Part shown: one piece after another, positions 1 through 9,767 of the stretch
Layout of the letters: each line of letters starts with the position of its first letter
Position numbering within the stretch: the first letter of the stretch is position 1
Assembly (NCBI RefSeq): GCF_006345805.1
Contig: NW_021835869.1
Span: forward strand, 1-49,788
From: Octopus sinensis
Taxonomy: Eukaryota
Direction of reading: 5' to 3'
Length of the DNA: 49,788 bases
Notes under the pieces: model-generated
Databases searched by the model: none
Seen by the model: only the letters and a program-made list of their open reading frames with translations
What the model was told of the DNA's origin: nothing
Made by a program: the position numbers and the translations under genes

Positions 1-46
1 TTCTCTTCTTCTTCTTCTTCTTCTTCTTCTTCTTCTTCTTCTTCTC
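1..46 (+). repeat. (TTC)n microsatellite
   Basis: Direct tandem TTC repeats at the window start. Confidence 0.95.
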
Positions 47-276
47 TTCATCTCTCAATATACATATGTGCAAACATCCATCCATATATATATTATATAT
101 ATACGCACATATATATTGATATTAATATTATTAGTAGTCATGAAAAACACGGTAATCGATATTATGTTTGATTTTTTGTGATTTTTAGAATAATAATTTT
201 AATATATTTAATTTCTATGTGGTTATTATAGATAATATCGTTTCAGTATTGATTGAATAACTAAATATCGGTTTGT

Positions 277-335
<59 letters not shown>

Positions 336-337
<2 letters not shown>

Positions 338-618
338 TATGATCATGTGTCCGACAGGCTATCAGATGTTGCTACACAATGCGCTTTGCATTGTTTTAGC
401 CTTCAAATGACGCCACCCCACTGGCTAAGCGAGCAGGCCAACAGAAGAATGAGTGAGAGAAAGTTGTGGCGAAAGAGTACAGCAGGGATCGCCACCACCT
501 CCTGCTGGAGCTTTAAGTGTTTCCACTCAATAAACACTCACAACGCCCGGTCTGGGAATCGAAACCGCGATCCTACAGCCGCAAATCCGCTGCCCTAACC
601 ACTGGGCCATTGCGCCTC

Positions 619-620
<2 letters not shown>
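336..620 (-). mobile_element. tRNA-derived SINE, head type S4 with tail T2
   Basis: Minus strand starts tggaggcgcaatggcccagtggttagggcagcgg (A box TGGCCCAGTGG), then B box gtttcgattccc. The body matches 23375-23758, then diverges to tail ggcctgctcgcttagccag...aacatctgat, which is also seen at 46483-46704. Confidence 0.85.
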
Positions 621-675
<55 letters not shown>

Positions 676-686
676 GGCATGTGAGT

Positions 687-1020
687 GTGAAGGCACATGG
701 CTCAGTGGTTAGAGCGTTGAGCTCAGTGTTTAGGTTGTGAGTTGGATTCCCGGACCGGGTTGTGTGTTCTGTTCTTGATCAAGACACTTTATTTCACGTT
801 GCTACAGTTCACTCTGCTGTAGAAATGAGTTGCGACGTCACGGGTGCCAAGCTGTATCAGAATTTGCCTTTCCCTTGGATAACATCTGTGGCGTGGAGAG
901 AGGAAGCTGGTATGCATGGGCAACTGCTGGTCTTCCATAAACAACCTTACCCGGACTTGTGCCTTGGCGTGTAATTTGGTAAGTGCAATCCCATGGTCAT
1001 TCATGGTCGAAGGGGGTCTC
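687..1020 (+). mobile_element. tRNA-derived SINE, head S3 with CORE-like centre and tail T3
   Basis: tggctcagtggttagagcg head; centre caagacactttatttcacgttgct.cagttcactc.gctgtagaaatgag; tail ending gtgcaatcccatggtcattcatggtcgaagggggtctc. Homologous copies at 12712 and 35827. Confidence 0.85.
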
Positions 1021-1056
1021 AACATATATATATATATATATATATTCTTTCATATA

Positions 1057-1324
1057 TTTCTGTCATTTCATTGCGGCTACGCTGGAGTAGCTGCCTTAAA
1101 TGGTTTTAGTCGAAGAAATGGACCCCGGAACTTATTCTTTGTAAGCCTAGTACTTAATCTATCAATCTCATTTGTTAAACCGCAATATATATATTGCGTA
1201 TATATATACGAGCTTCTTTCTGTTTCTTTCGAACAAATCCACTCACAAGGATTTGGTCTACTTGAGGCAATATTAAAAGTACTTGCCCAATGTGCCACGC
1301 AGTGGGACTGAACCCGAAATCATG
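1057..1324 (-). mobile_element. SINE family S1, degenerate copy
   Basis: Matches the 12003-12404 and 17709-18126 copies (cttgcccaa.gtgccacgcagtgggactgaaccc; aaatccactcacaagg). Confidence 0.75.
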
Positions 1325-1404
1325 ACGAGTAATTTCATATTTTCCCTCCAAGATCACCATATGCGTCACAAGATAGTACCGCAGAAGAAAAAAATCTGTA
1401 GGCT

Positions 1405-1740
1405 GTTGACTGTGGAGTCATATTTGTAGTTAAAACAATTAGCTTCCTTTGGCTGCTATTTCTAAATTTTTGGTATGTGGTGAAGCAAAGGGTAGGTTTA
1501 GCATTTTCAAATTTATAATTCTCGAAATATCATGCCGATGAAGGAAATGAATTAATGAATTTTTATAATTCTAATCCCGAAACGCGTACATAATTAATCG
1601 TAGTCTGTTTGATTTCGTTAGTTTTTCTTCTTTTTGCCTATGTGAGTTACAAATATTGTTGTCTGCGAAGTCATATTGTAGTTAACAGAATTAGGTGTCT
1701 ATGGCTGCTATTTCTAAATTTTCGGTATGTGGTGAAGCAA
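1405..1740 (+). mobile_element. ORF-less element with ~85-bp direct terminal repeats (offset ~252 bp) enclosing a hammerhead; Penelope-like/retrozyme-type
   Basis: 1405-1488 is repeated at 1658-1740 (gtcatat.tgtagttaa...ggctgctatttctaaatttt.ggtatgtggtgaagcaa). Hammerhead at 1529-1594; (TA)n follows. Confidence 0.65.
1529..1594 (+). ncRNA. Type I hammerhead ribozyme motif HHR1 (C4 variant)
   Basis: atcATG-CCGATGA-a-GGA-aat-GAATTA-loop-TAATTC-taa-TCC-c-GAAA-CGCG-T-A-CATaat. Palindromic stem III ACGCGT; predicted GUA cleavage after 1588. Position 4 is C and the 10.1/11.1 pair is A.C. Confidence 0.7.
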
Positions 1741-1965
1741 CGTGTTGCTTAACACTTAATTATATATATTATATATATTATATATTATTATATATATATA
1801 TATATATATTATAATATATCCGTAAATATTAGAGAGTCAACTTTGAATATGTTAACTCTAGTGCTAGAAATAGGTCCGATCGGTAAAAGTCGCCGACGAT
1901 AAATCCACATAGAAATAGCACCACAATCAACGCTATGAAATTAAATTACTACTAAATAATGAATT

Positions 1966-2042
1966 AATGTTGTACAATTGTTTCTTCATTAACAAAATGC
2001 AGATTATACTTACATAATTGTCTATGATTCATCAGCAACATT
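1966..2042 (-). ncRNA. Type I hammerhead ribozyme motif HHR2 (inverted copy of HHR3)
   Basis: Reverse complement of 2504-2580 with the core intact. Confidence 0.8.
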
Positions 2043-2503
2043 TGTCAATATAATTGATCAGACCCTTACAAGCGACGATTCTCATATGGTCCGATCAATT
2101 ACATTCTGTTGTAGTTACAAATTTCCCGCCGAAAGTAAATGCTAAGTGGAAGTGAATACCGCATGTAATATTTACTGCAGCATCGGACCTATTTCTAGCA
2201 CTAGAGTTAACATATTCAAAGTTGACTCTCTAATATTTACGGATAAATATGAATTTGTGTCCCCGGTTTTTTGTGCTAGGTCGCTTGGTGTTAAAATAAG
2301 GGTATTATTGAATTAATATCTATAATTTTATTCACCCTCATTATTTAATGTATTGATTTGATATGCTGCAGTAAATATTACATGCGGTATTCACTTCCAC
2401 TTAGCATTTACTTTCGGCGGGAAATTTGTAACTACAACAGAATGTAATTGATCGGACCATATGAGAATCGTCGCTTGTAAGGGTCTGATCAATTATATTG
2501 ACA

Positions 2504-2580
2504 AATGTTGCTGATGAATCATAGACAATTATGTAAGTATAATCTGCATTTTGTTAATGAAGAAACAATTGTACAACATT
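2504..2580 (+). ncRNA. Type I hammerhead ribozyme motif HHR3
   Basis: AATGTTG-CTGATGA-stem II (TCAT/ATGA, GACAA/TTGTT)-GAAA-CAATTG-T-A-CAACATT. 7-bp stem I; palindromic stem III ACAATTGT; predicted GUA cleavage after 2573. The 10.1/11.1 pair is A.A. Confidence 0.8.
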
Positions 2581-2830
2581 AATCCATTATTTAGTAGTAA
2601 TTTAATTTCATAGCGTTGATGTGGTGCTATTTCTATGTGGATTTATCGTCGGCGACTTTTACCGATCGGACCTATTTCTAGCACTAGAGTTAACATATTC
2701 AAATTGACTCTCTAATATTTACGGATAAATATGATTTGTGTCCCCGGTTTTTTGTGCTAGGTCGCTTGGTGTTAAAATAAGGGTATTATTGAATTAATAT
2801 CTATAATTTTATTCACCCTCATTATTTAAT

Positions 2831-2880
<50 letters not shown>

Positions 2881-3094
2881 AAATGGATAAATGAATTACT
2901 TTGTTAAGGATTTTTCAAAAATTTAACCGAAACCTGGGTAGCAAAAATCACAACAGAAAAAACACGGTTGAAGTTACGACCTTGGGGTGTCGCAACCGTG
3001 CCTTAGCGCGGATAATTGAAGTTTAATATATTTAGTGAAGGGAAGAAATGGAGCTGAAACGAAGATTCTACAGAATTCCTTTTATTATTTTCTT

Positions 3095-3180
3095 ATTTTC
3101 TACACATGTTTCAAAGGCCGCAAATTTCCAAATTCGGATTGAATAAGGAGACCATTTTGCAGCATTCTCTTCAGGAAAAT
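3095..3180 (-). ncRNA. Type I hammerhead ribozyme motif HHR4 (inverted copy of HHR5)
   Basis: Reverse complement of 3662-3746 with one stem II mismatch and a 1-nt loop insertion; core intact. Confidence 0.8.
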
Positions 3181-3438
3181 CCAGGAATTTAAAAATCCAA
3201 AACAAATGCGCAGCAAGGTATTCGAACAAAACGCTCCTTAGGAGCCCATGAAAGCACAAAACCCTTTTTACATACTGAACATTACTTGGTAAAATTAATT
3301 AATTATTAATTCATTTTACCCTTTTATTATTGACTATATAGAAACACCAGCGAAAATAATTAATTTTATTTTATCGCATTTTGAATTTGTTTATATATTT
3401 ATATACATATATAACATAACGCATATATTTATATATAC

Positions 3439-3469
<31 letters not shown>

Positions 3470-3480
3470 CATATATATAC

Positions 3481-3512
<32 letters not shown>

Positions 3513-3661
3513 GTATATGTATATATAAATATATGCGTGTGTTTGTGTGTGCATATATATTGAAGCATACGTACACACACACACAAGCACATACATACGC
3601 AACATACACGTGAAGATACAGACGAGTGTCTTATCAAACTTTTGGATTTTTAAATTCCTGG

Positions 3662-3746
3662 ATTTTCCTGAAGAGAATGCTGCAAAATGGTCTCCTTATT
3701 CAATCCGAATTTGGAATTTGCGGCATTTGAAACATGTGTAGAAAAT
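3662..3746 (+). ncRNA. Type I hammerhead ribozyme motif HHR5, canonical core, long stem II
   Basis: ATTTTC-CTGAAGA-GAATGCTGCAAA-30 nt loop-TTTGCGGCATTT-GAAA-CATGTG-T-A-GAAAAT. 6-bp stem I; 12-bp stem II with two G.U pairs; predicted GUA cleavage after 3740. Confidence 0.85.
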
Positions 3747-3798
3747 AATAAAAGGAATTCTGTAGAATCTTCGTTCAGGCTCCATTTCTTCCCTTCAC

Positions 3799-3878
<80 letters not shown>

Positions 3879-3929
3879 TATATACATACATATATATATA
3901 TATATTATATTATATAGATATATATATAT

Positions 3930-4402
3930 ATATAAAAACATTACATTATATAATTAGGTTTCAGTAAAATATTTTACTTTACCACACACGGAACTTTTAG
4001 AAATAGCAGCCAAAAACTCTTTAGCTATTTCCTCTACTATAGAAAAGTCCCCAGACAATGTATACTCAAAAATAATTCACGCAGGTATAGAGGGGAAAAT
4101 AACGAAAGATCACACGTACATCGATTACTTGAGAACGCCGTTTCTGGATTAGTTGATATAGAGAATCAACATTTCCGTCATCAGCTCAATATTTCTTTAG
4201 ATTTGGATTTGAGAAGCACTAAATCAAAAATACCCGTCTGATATGATAATCCCAGACAACCCATCTTCAACCGCTTGTACTAACGAATTCAAAAAGAAAC
4301 TTTTCTTATAGTAGAGGAAATAGCTAAGATTTTTTGGCTGCTAGGTGGTGGTAAGTAAATTATTTTACTGAACCCTAATTATATAACGTAATGTTTAAAT
4401 AT
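3930..4402 (-). mobile_element. ORF-less element with ~115-bp inverted terminal repeats and a central hammerhead
   Basis: 3936-4048 is the imperfect reverse complement of 4299-4396. It contains the ggctgctatttctaaa motif shared with 1405-1740, and a hammerhead at 4129-4189. Confidence 0.8.
4129..4189 (-). ncRNA. Type I hammerhead ribozyme motif HHR6
   Basis: Minus strand: TTGAG-CTGATGA-c-GGA-aat-GTTGAT-loop-ATCAAC-taa-TCC-a-GAAA-C-ggc-G-T-T-CTCAA. 5-bp stem I; GUU triplet; the 10.1/11.1 pair is C.A. Confidence 0.8.
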
Positions 4403-5979
4403 ACCGTAAATGGTCTTTTTACATACTGAACACTACTTGTTAAAATTAATTAATAATGAATTAATTTTACCCTTTTTATTATTGACTATATATAGATGAA
4501 TACATATATATATATAATATATATATATTATATATATATACATAAACATATTTATATACATATATATACATATACATATATACATATAATGTATACATTT
4601 ATGCATGCATATATAACATACGCATATATTATATATACATATTATATATATATATATATATATATACATATATATACATATATATATATATGTATATAAT
4701 ATATATGTATATGTATATATAAATATAAGCGTGTGTTTGTGTGTGCATATATATATTGAAGCATACGTACACACACACAATCACATACATACGCAACATA
4801 CACGTGAAGATACAGACGAGTGTCTTATCAAACTTTGAGGAATAATATTTCTAAGATTTACTCTCATGTTATGACTGTGCTACAAAATGCAGGCGCCCAT
4901 ACTTCAGTACATCATGTGCTGAAATAGCAAAGAAAAGTTTAATTTTCTTGAGTCATTGTTAACTGGAATTAAATCTTAAAACAGCATTCAATTCAAGACT
5001 TGTTATTACATTAATGTATTACTTCTTGATACATTAGATGATAAGAAAAACCCAGATACCTCGCAATAGTCGTTACGGCCTATACCAGAACAGATATGTG
5101 ATTGGGTTGTATGAAATTTGCTAGTAAAAGCGTTGTAGGTTAACTTACCAAGAATTACGCCTTGGGCAAGTGTAGTAGGTACAAAGCATGTGAGATTCAT
5201 TTCAAGAATTGATTAGAAATGTTGTAATTCAATAGATCTATTGATCTGCTTTCGCTTGTTCCTTCACCAAAGCCTTCTACTTTGTAAGGCATTTAGTCCA
5301 TCTACTTTCTAAAGGAACGTAACTTTATTTAAACGGCAATATATGACATTACCTCATTAACTACGTCATCTTTGAGGAAGTTGAAAACGACAGTGTAATA
5401 GTCATGCATTCACAGAGCAACTATGAAAGAAAAAATAAAGATCTAGTTGGTTTTTAGTTTACCGAGAGCGAAAGAGAGTTCGAACTTGTCCTTGTAGGGA
5501 AAGAAAAACTGGCGATTAGAGACGATTTACATATATTTAAAGTTTTCCTCCCCCCAAAATGTATATTTGTATCTAATCCAGTCAAAATCTTTAAAACAAC
5601 TTGAGAATATCAAAGAATGTTTTTTATAAATTTGATCCCAAATAGAGAAGTCTTATGACATACATATACATTTAAACGTTATGAGCGTTAGTTATAAAAC
5701 ATAGTTACAGCTGCAAATCAAAACCAGATCTTGAACTAGTTTTGTGCTGACGTCGTTACGATTTCTTTATGTTTCACATAGCATAATTTAACCAAAACCA
5801 AATTATACAAATACGGGGTCGTATTTTATACTAGATACAAATATGTTATTTTAAGGGAAACAGATCGTTGTGAGATTATTCTGGCTCAAGTGAAGTAAAT
5901 TTGCTTGGGATCTTAGTTTTTACTCTTCTGATGATGCAATGACTAAACACGGAATTACTCCTAGAAAGCAAAATGATAA

Positions 5980-7689
5980 CACAATGTAACACATGTTTTG
6001 TTTATTTGTATTTTTTAATGTACATATATGCATTTTTTGCCTATAAATTCAAAAATCACATTTGTTTTGACGTAACATCGATAGGTATTTATTTATTCCT
6101 AATTTCATATTTGCTCGTTATATTTGTAACTTTTCTCTACAGCACTTTGTTGGTTCAATCTATTCTAGTATTGTAAGGGTAATTACACAACATTTAGTAC
6201 TTTTTCATATATTGAAAGGTATTTAGGAAGTATAATATTGGTTAGAACAAAAAGAAACAATAAAATTCTGCACTGTAAATGCCTTGATAACTCTTTTCTT
6301 AAGATGAGAAGTGCTTTGACGATCGAGATTTTCTGGAGTGTATATCTGCATCTCTTCTGACTAGGGACCATCTATATAATCTCCCATCATAGCAGTATCC
6401 CATCGTCCTTAGTATCTTCTTTCCATAGTTGCAATGTTCTGATGAAATCTCTCACCATGCTTTCTCTCTGACATCACCCAAGTTTTCGGGGGAAAAATCT
6501 AGGTGAGAGTGCAAAAAATGAATCTTTAAGGATATGCGACAACCCATTTTCTTGAAACTTTCAATAAGCTTTGTGATTTCCTAGGAATCCACGAACTACA
6601 TCACGAAATGCACACCAAGCTTCTTTTTCAACTTTTGTCATCGCTCTTTCCAATTTCTTTGACTTTAACCTTGCATTTACTTGGGGCCCAACAAATATGC
6701 CACCCTTGATCTTAGCCTCAGATAGTTTTGGAAACATAAGACATATTTCTTGAAAAGCTTCTCCTCTAAAATCTAAGGCCTTCACAAACTGTTTTACCTA
6801 TCCGCGTTTGATATGAAGTGGGGGTAATAAGATTTTGTTGGAATCTACTAGAGGCTGTTCGAGAACATTTAACATTCCTGGCTGCAGTTCCACTCGTGGG
6901 GGCCAATGTACTCTCTTCTAATGATCATCATTAGCTCTGCTGTCCCATAGGCAAAGGAAACATGAATACTTTGTGTATCCCCCTTGTAAGCCAAGCAAGA
7001 AGGCAAGCATCTTGAAATCACCACAAACATCCCACTTGAACTCAGCTGTTGCTGCTTGTTGACTCTTCAGATGAAATATTTTCTGGTGGTAATGGTACTC
7101 GTAAACTGTCATCATGTGGGACAGGTGCTCTAGATGATGGTATGTCTGGATACTTTTCTGTACTTTGTCAGACCGATCATACAAAAGTGACAGTCATCGT
7201 GATGGTTCTTTGGCTCTCTCCATACCATTGGAATGGCAAAAGGCATTGACTTTCCTGTACCTCTTAACCATCCTTCTAGAGTAAATCGACAGCTTCCACA
7301 TATCACATGAGGGGCCCATGGTTGTCCTGGTCACCCATGGGCATTCCGAAATAGAGTCTGTACGCTATTCCCAATTTTGCACCTTTCACGATCTTATGTA
7401 ATACCTGCTTTTTTCCAATATAATAACCACAGACATAGCAAAGTGTATCTGGAGAATTTTTACTTACTCTAGTAGCCATCCTGAAAGTAGCAGAACTTAG
7501 TAATTGGTCTGAAAGAGAAAATTAGACATACATTTAGTAGCGGAACATTATAACAATACCGAAAATATAATAACATTGAAAGTCGATATATTTTTTTAAC
7601 TGTTGATGATACACAAAAAATAATTTCATTTTTGGAATCAGCAGAAAAATACAATAAATAATTATTTTTTTGAAAATTGTTACGTTGTG
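5980..7689 (-). mobile_element. Chapaev3 (CMC superfamily) DNA transposon with both ends, internally deleted
   Basis: Termini CACAATGTAACA (5980-5991) and TGTTACGTTGTG (7678-7689) match 11/12 as inverted repeats, with CAC...GTG ends. TAA lies on both flanks (5977-5979, 7690-7692). The 3-bp TWA TSD and CAC ends are established Chapaev3 traits. Confidence 0.85.
6299..7479 (-). pseudogene. Chapaev3-type transposase pseudogene
   Basis: Stitched translation: MATRVSKNSPDTLCYVCG..YFG..GDQD/PWAPHVICGSC..WREPKNHHDDCHFC, then a deletion, then WDVCGDFKMLAFLLGLQGGYTKYSCFLCLWDSRA..LLPPLHIK..FPKLSEAKIKGGIFVGPQ..IHFLHSHLDF..HGERFHQ. Several stops and frameshifts, and a large central deletion near 7050. Confidence 0.9.
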
Positions 7690-8002
7690 TAATATAACCA
7701 ACTGATTGGCTGCAAGTATATTACTAGTATATATCTTATTGGACTGAAAATTGCATTTATCATGGAGTAATTTGAAATACGCAATAAATGGATGCATCGA
7801 ACTAGTCTTCTGTATATGTTACCTTGATTCTTAATTTTGAAACTACTAAAATCCCGGTAAATTGTGTCATAACAGAGGTTAGCTCTGGTCTAATAGGGTG
7901 GAAAAGATAAAGTCCTTAATTTACTAGTCTTTCTCGAGTAACATTACAAATGATATAACATTTACCACTAAATGACAATTAAATGAAGACACTAAAGGAA
8001 TG

Positions 8003-8121
8003 AAGGGTGCACGTGTCTGTGGAGTGCTCAGCCATTTGCACGTTAATTTCACGAGCAGGCTGTTCCGTTGATTCGGATCAACCGGAACCCTCATCGTCGT
8101 AACCGACGGAGTGCTTCCATC
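8003..8121 (+). mobile_element. 3' fragment of SINE tail T1
   Basis: gtgtctgtggagtgctcagcc...cgtaaccgacggagtgcttcca matches the 3' end of 23375-23758. Confidence 0.85.
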
Positions 8122-8809
8122 CTGAGTTACAGGTGCAACCTATTGGACAGGTTTCTATACAATTTCCATCTGTACAATGAACAAATTTTGGGTTCAATCG
8201 AGGCAGTGGTAAAAAATCACTTTCTTATGACACCACGTAGAGATCGAACCTAAGACCAAGGGATTACCGAACGAACTTCTTAACCAATTGACCATACTGC
8301 GTCCACACGTCTATAAATTGCCATTATGAAAACCAAAGTATTTCATTGGTTGTTGTTGAAATCCTAATGGAGTTCGGGTTATAGGAAAAGAAAGAATTAA
8401 GAATAAAATGAAAAATAAACTAAAGGTTTCTATGGCTAACAAATAGACTCTATACTGAATGAAATAGTGATTGAGTCATACTGAACAGATAAGATACGCT
8501 TTTGGCTATTACGACCAGTGACGTTTTTGTGAAGAAGAGAGGTGGGGTATTCTTGAGAGAGTGGGGGATCAGCGGCTTTCTTGGTGTCGTCGCTAGGTGG
8601 TGTTGGGTGTTGGGCAATGTCGGAGCCATCGATTACTGGGTGTTGTTAGAAGTGTCTTCGCGAATGCGCTTCGCTCTTGTTGTTGTTGCTGCCGTTATTT
8701 TTCTTAGTGCTGGTGGTGGTGGTGGTGGTGGTGGTGGCGGCGGCGGCAGCGGGGATGGTGGTAGTGCTTTTCTGAGGAAGCATCATCATCCTCATAATCG
8801 TCATCAGCA

Positions 8810-8887
8810 ATAATAACAACTACAACAACTACAACAGAACAATAATGATATAATGATGATGACGATATGATATGATTAATAATAATA

Positions 8888-8921
<34 letters not shown>

Positions 8922-8976
8922 GTTATAATAATAATAATAATAGTATAGTAATAATAATTAATAATAATGAATAATA

Positions 8977-9017
<41 letters not shown>

Positions 9018-9071
9018 TAATAATAATATAATAATAAAAAATAAAGAAAAAAAAAAAATAATAGTAAATAA

Positions 9072-9114
<43 letters not shown>

Positions 9115-9507
9115 GTAATAATAACGATGATGATGATGATAACAACTGTAGTAGTGTATTCACAGTTGCTGTTATTGTTGTTGCTGCAATTAGTAGTGTA
9201 GGTGATGGCAGTGTGTAACACTGGCACAAGTGGTAGCTGCGGACGTGGACGTGGGTGGTTGAATGGCGCGGCGAGGAGGGTAACGGTTTGCCAGTAATGG
9301 ACGTCCTATAAATGTGATATAACAAAATAGATAAGAAAGAAAGAAAAAAAAACTATACAATATCAAGAAAGCAAAACGAAAAAAAAATTAAATCATAAAA
9401 AAAAACCATCTACGAAGGAAGAAAGAAAAAAAAAGAAAATCAAGAATGCCTGTAGGCTATAACGGTAAACAACAACGACGATAATAATAATAATAATAAT
9501 AATAATG

Positions 9508-9552
<45 letters not shown>

Positions 9553-9695
9553 TAATAATAGTAATAATAATAATGATGATAATAATAATAATAATAATAA
9601 TAATACAATAATAACAATATAATAATAATAATATAATAATAATAATAATAAAATAATATAATAATAATAATAGTATAATAATAATAATACTAATT

Positions 9696-9726
<31 letters not shown>

Positions 9727-9728
9727 AT
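8810..9728 (+). repeat. Two long imperfect (AAT)n microsatellite blocks (8810-9140, 9480-9728)
   Basis: Direct inspection. Confidence 0.9.
9190..9305 (-). CDS. Candidate exon of an unidentified minus-strand gene
   Basis: Long polypyrimidine tract ending catttatag at 9306-9307. One frame reads RPLLANRYPPRRAIQPPTSTSAATTCASVTHCHHLHY-stop; the other two frames run into the microsatellite. No homology recognised. Confidence 0.3.
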
Positions 9729-9767
9729 CCAAAGAGTAGAGGGACGCCTTACAAGAGCAGCTTTCAC

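Larger units (their letters stand above)
1817..2830. mobile_element. Inverted plus partial-tandem duplicated hammerhead element (arrangement Y'X'-YZ-XYZ) between (TA)n tracts
   Basis: 1817-2183 is the reverse complement of 2363-2727. 2182-2349 is a direct repeat of 2665-2830. The copies differ only by a few 1-bp indels or substitutions. Confidence 0.9.
3026..3807. mobile_element. Inverted repeat pair (3026-3202 vs 3640-3807), each arm carrying a hammerhead
   Basis: The arms are near-identical reverse complements; the left arm has an extra ttattttc duplication. (TA)n follows the right arm. Confidence 0.9.
3264..4836 (+). repeat. Dispersed direct repeat Q: 3264-3642 and 4415-4836
   Basis: Both copies begin ctttttacatactgaac and end gacgagtgtcttatcaaacttt. 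The internal microsatellites differ in length. Confidence 0.9.

Noticed and set aside
1893-1925. CCGACGA...GAAAT hammerhead-like string
   Set aside because: Only a 2-bp stem II and no NUH/stem I match.
5006-5420. 64-aa ORF and splice-like signals in unique sequence
   Set aside because: No frame stays open between the candidate acceptors and donors, and no homology is recognised.
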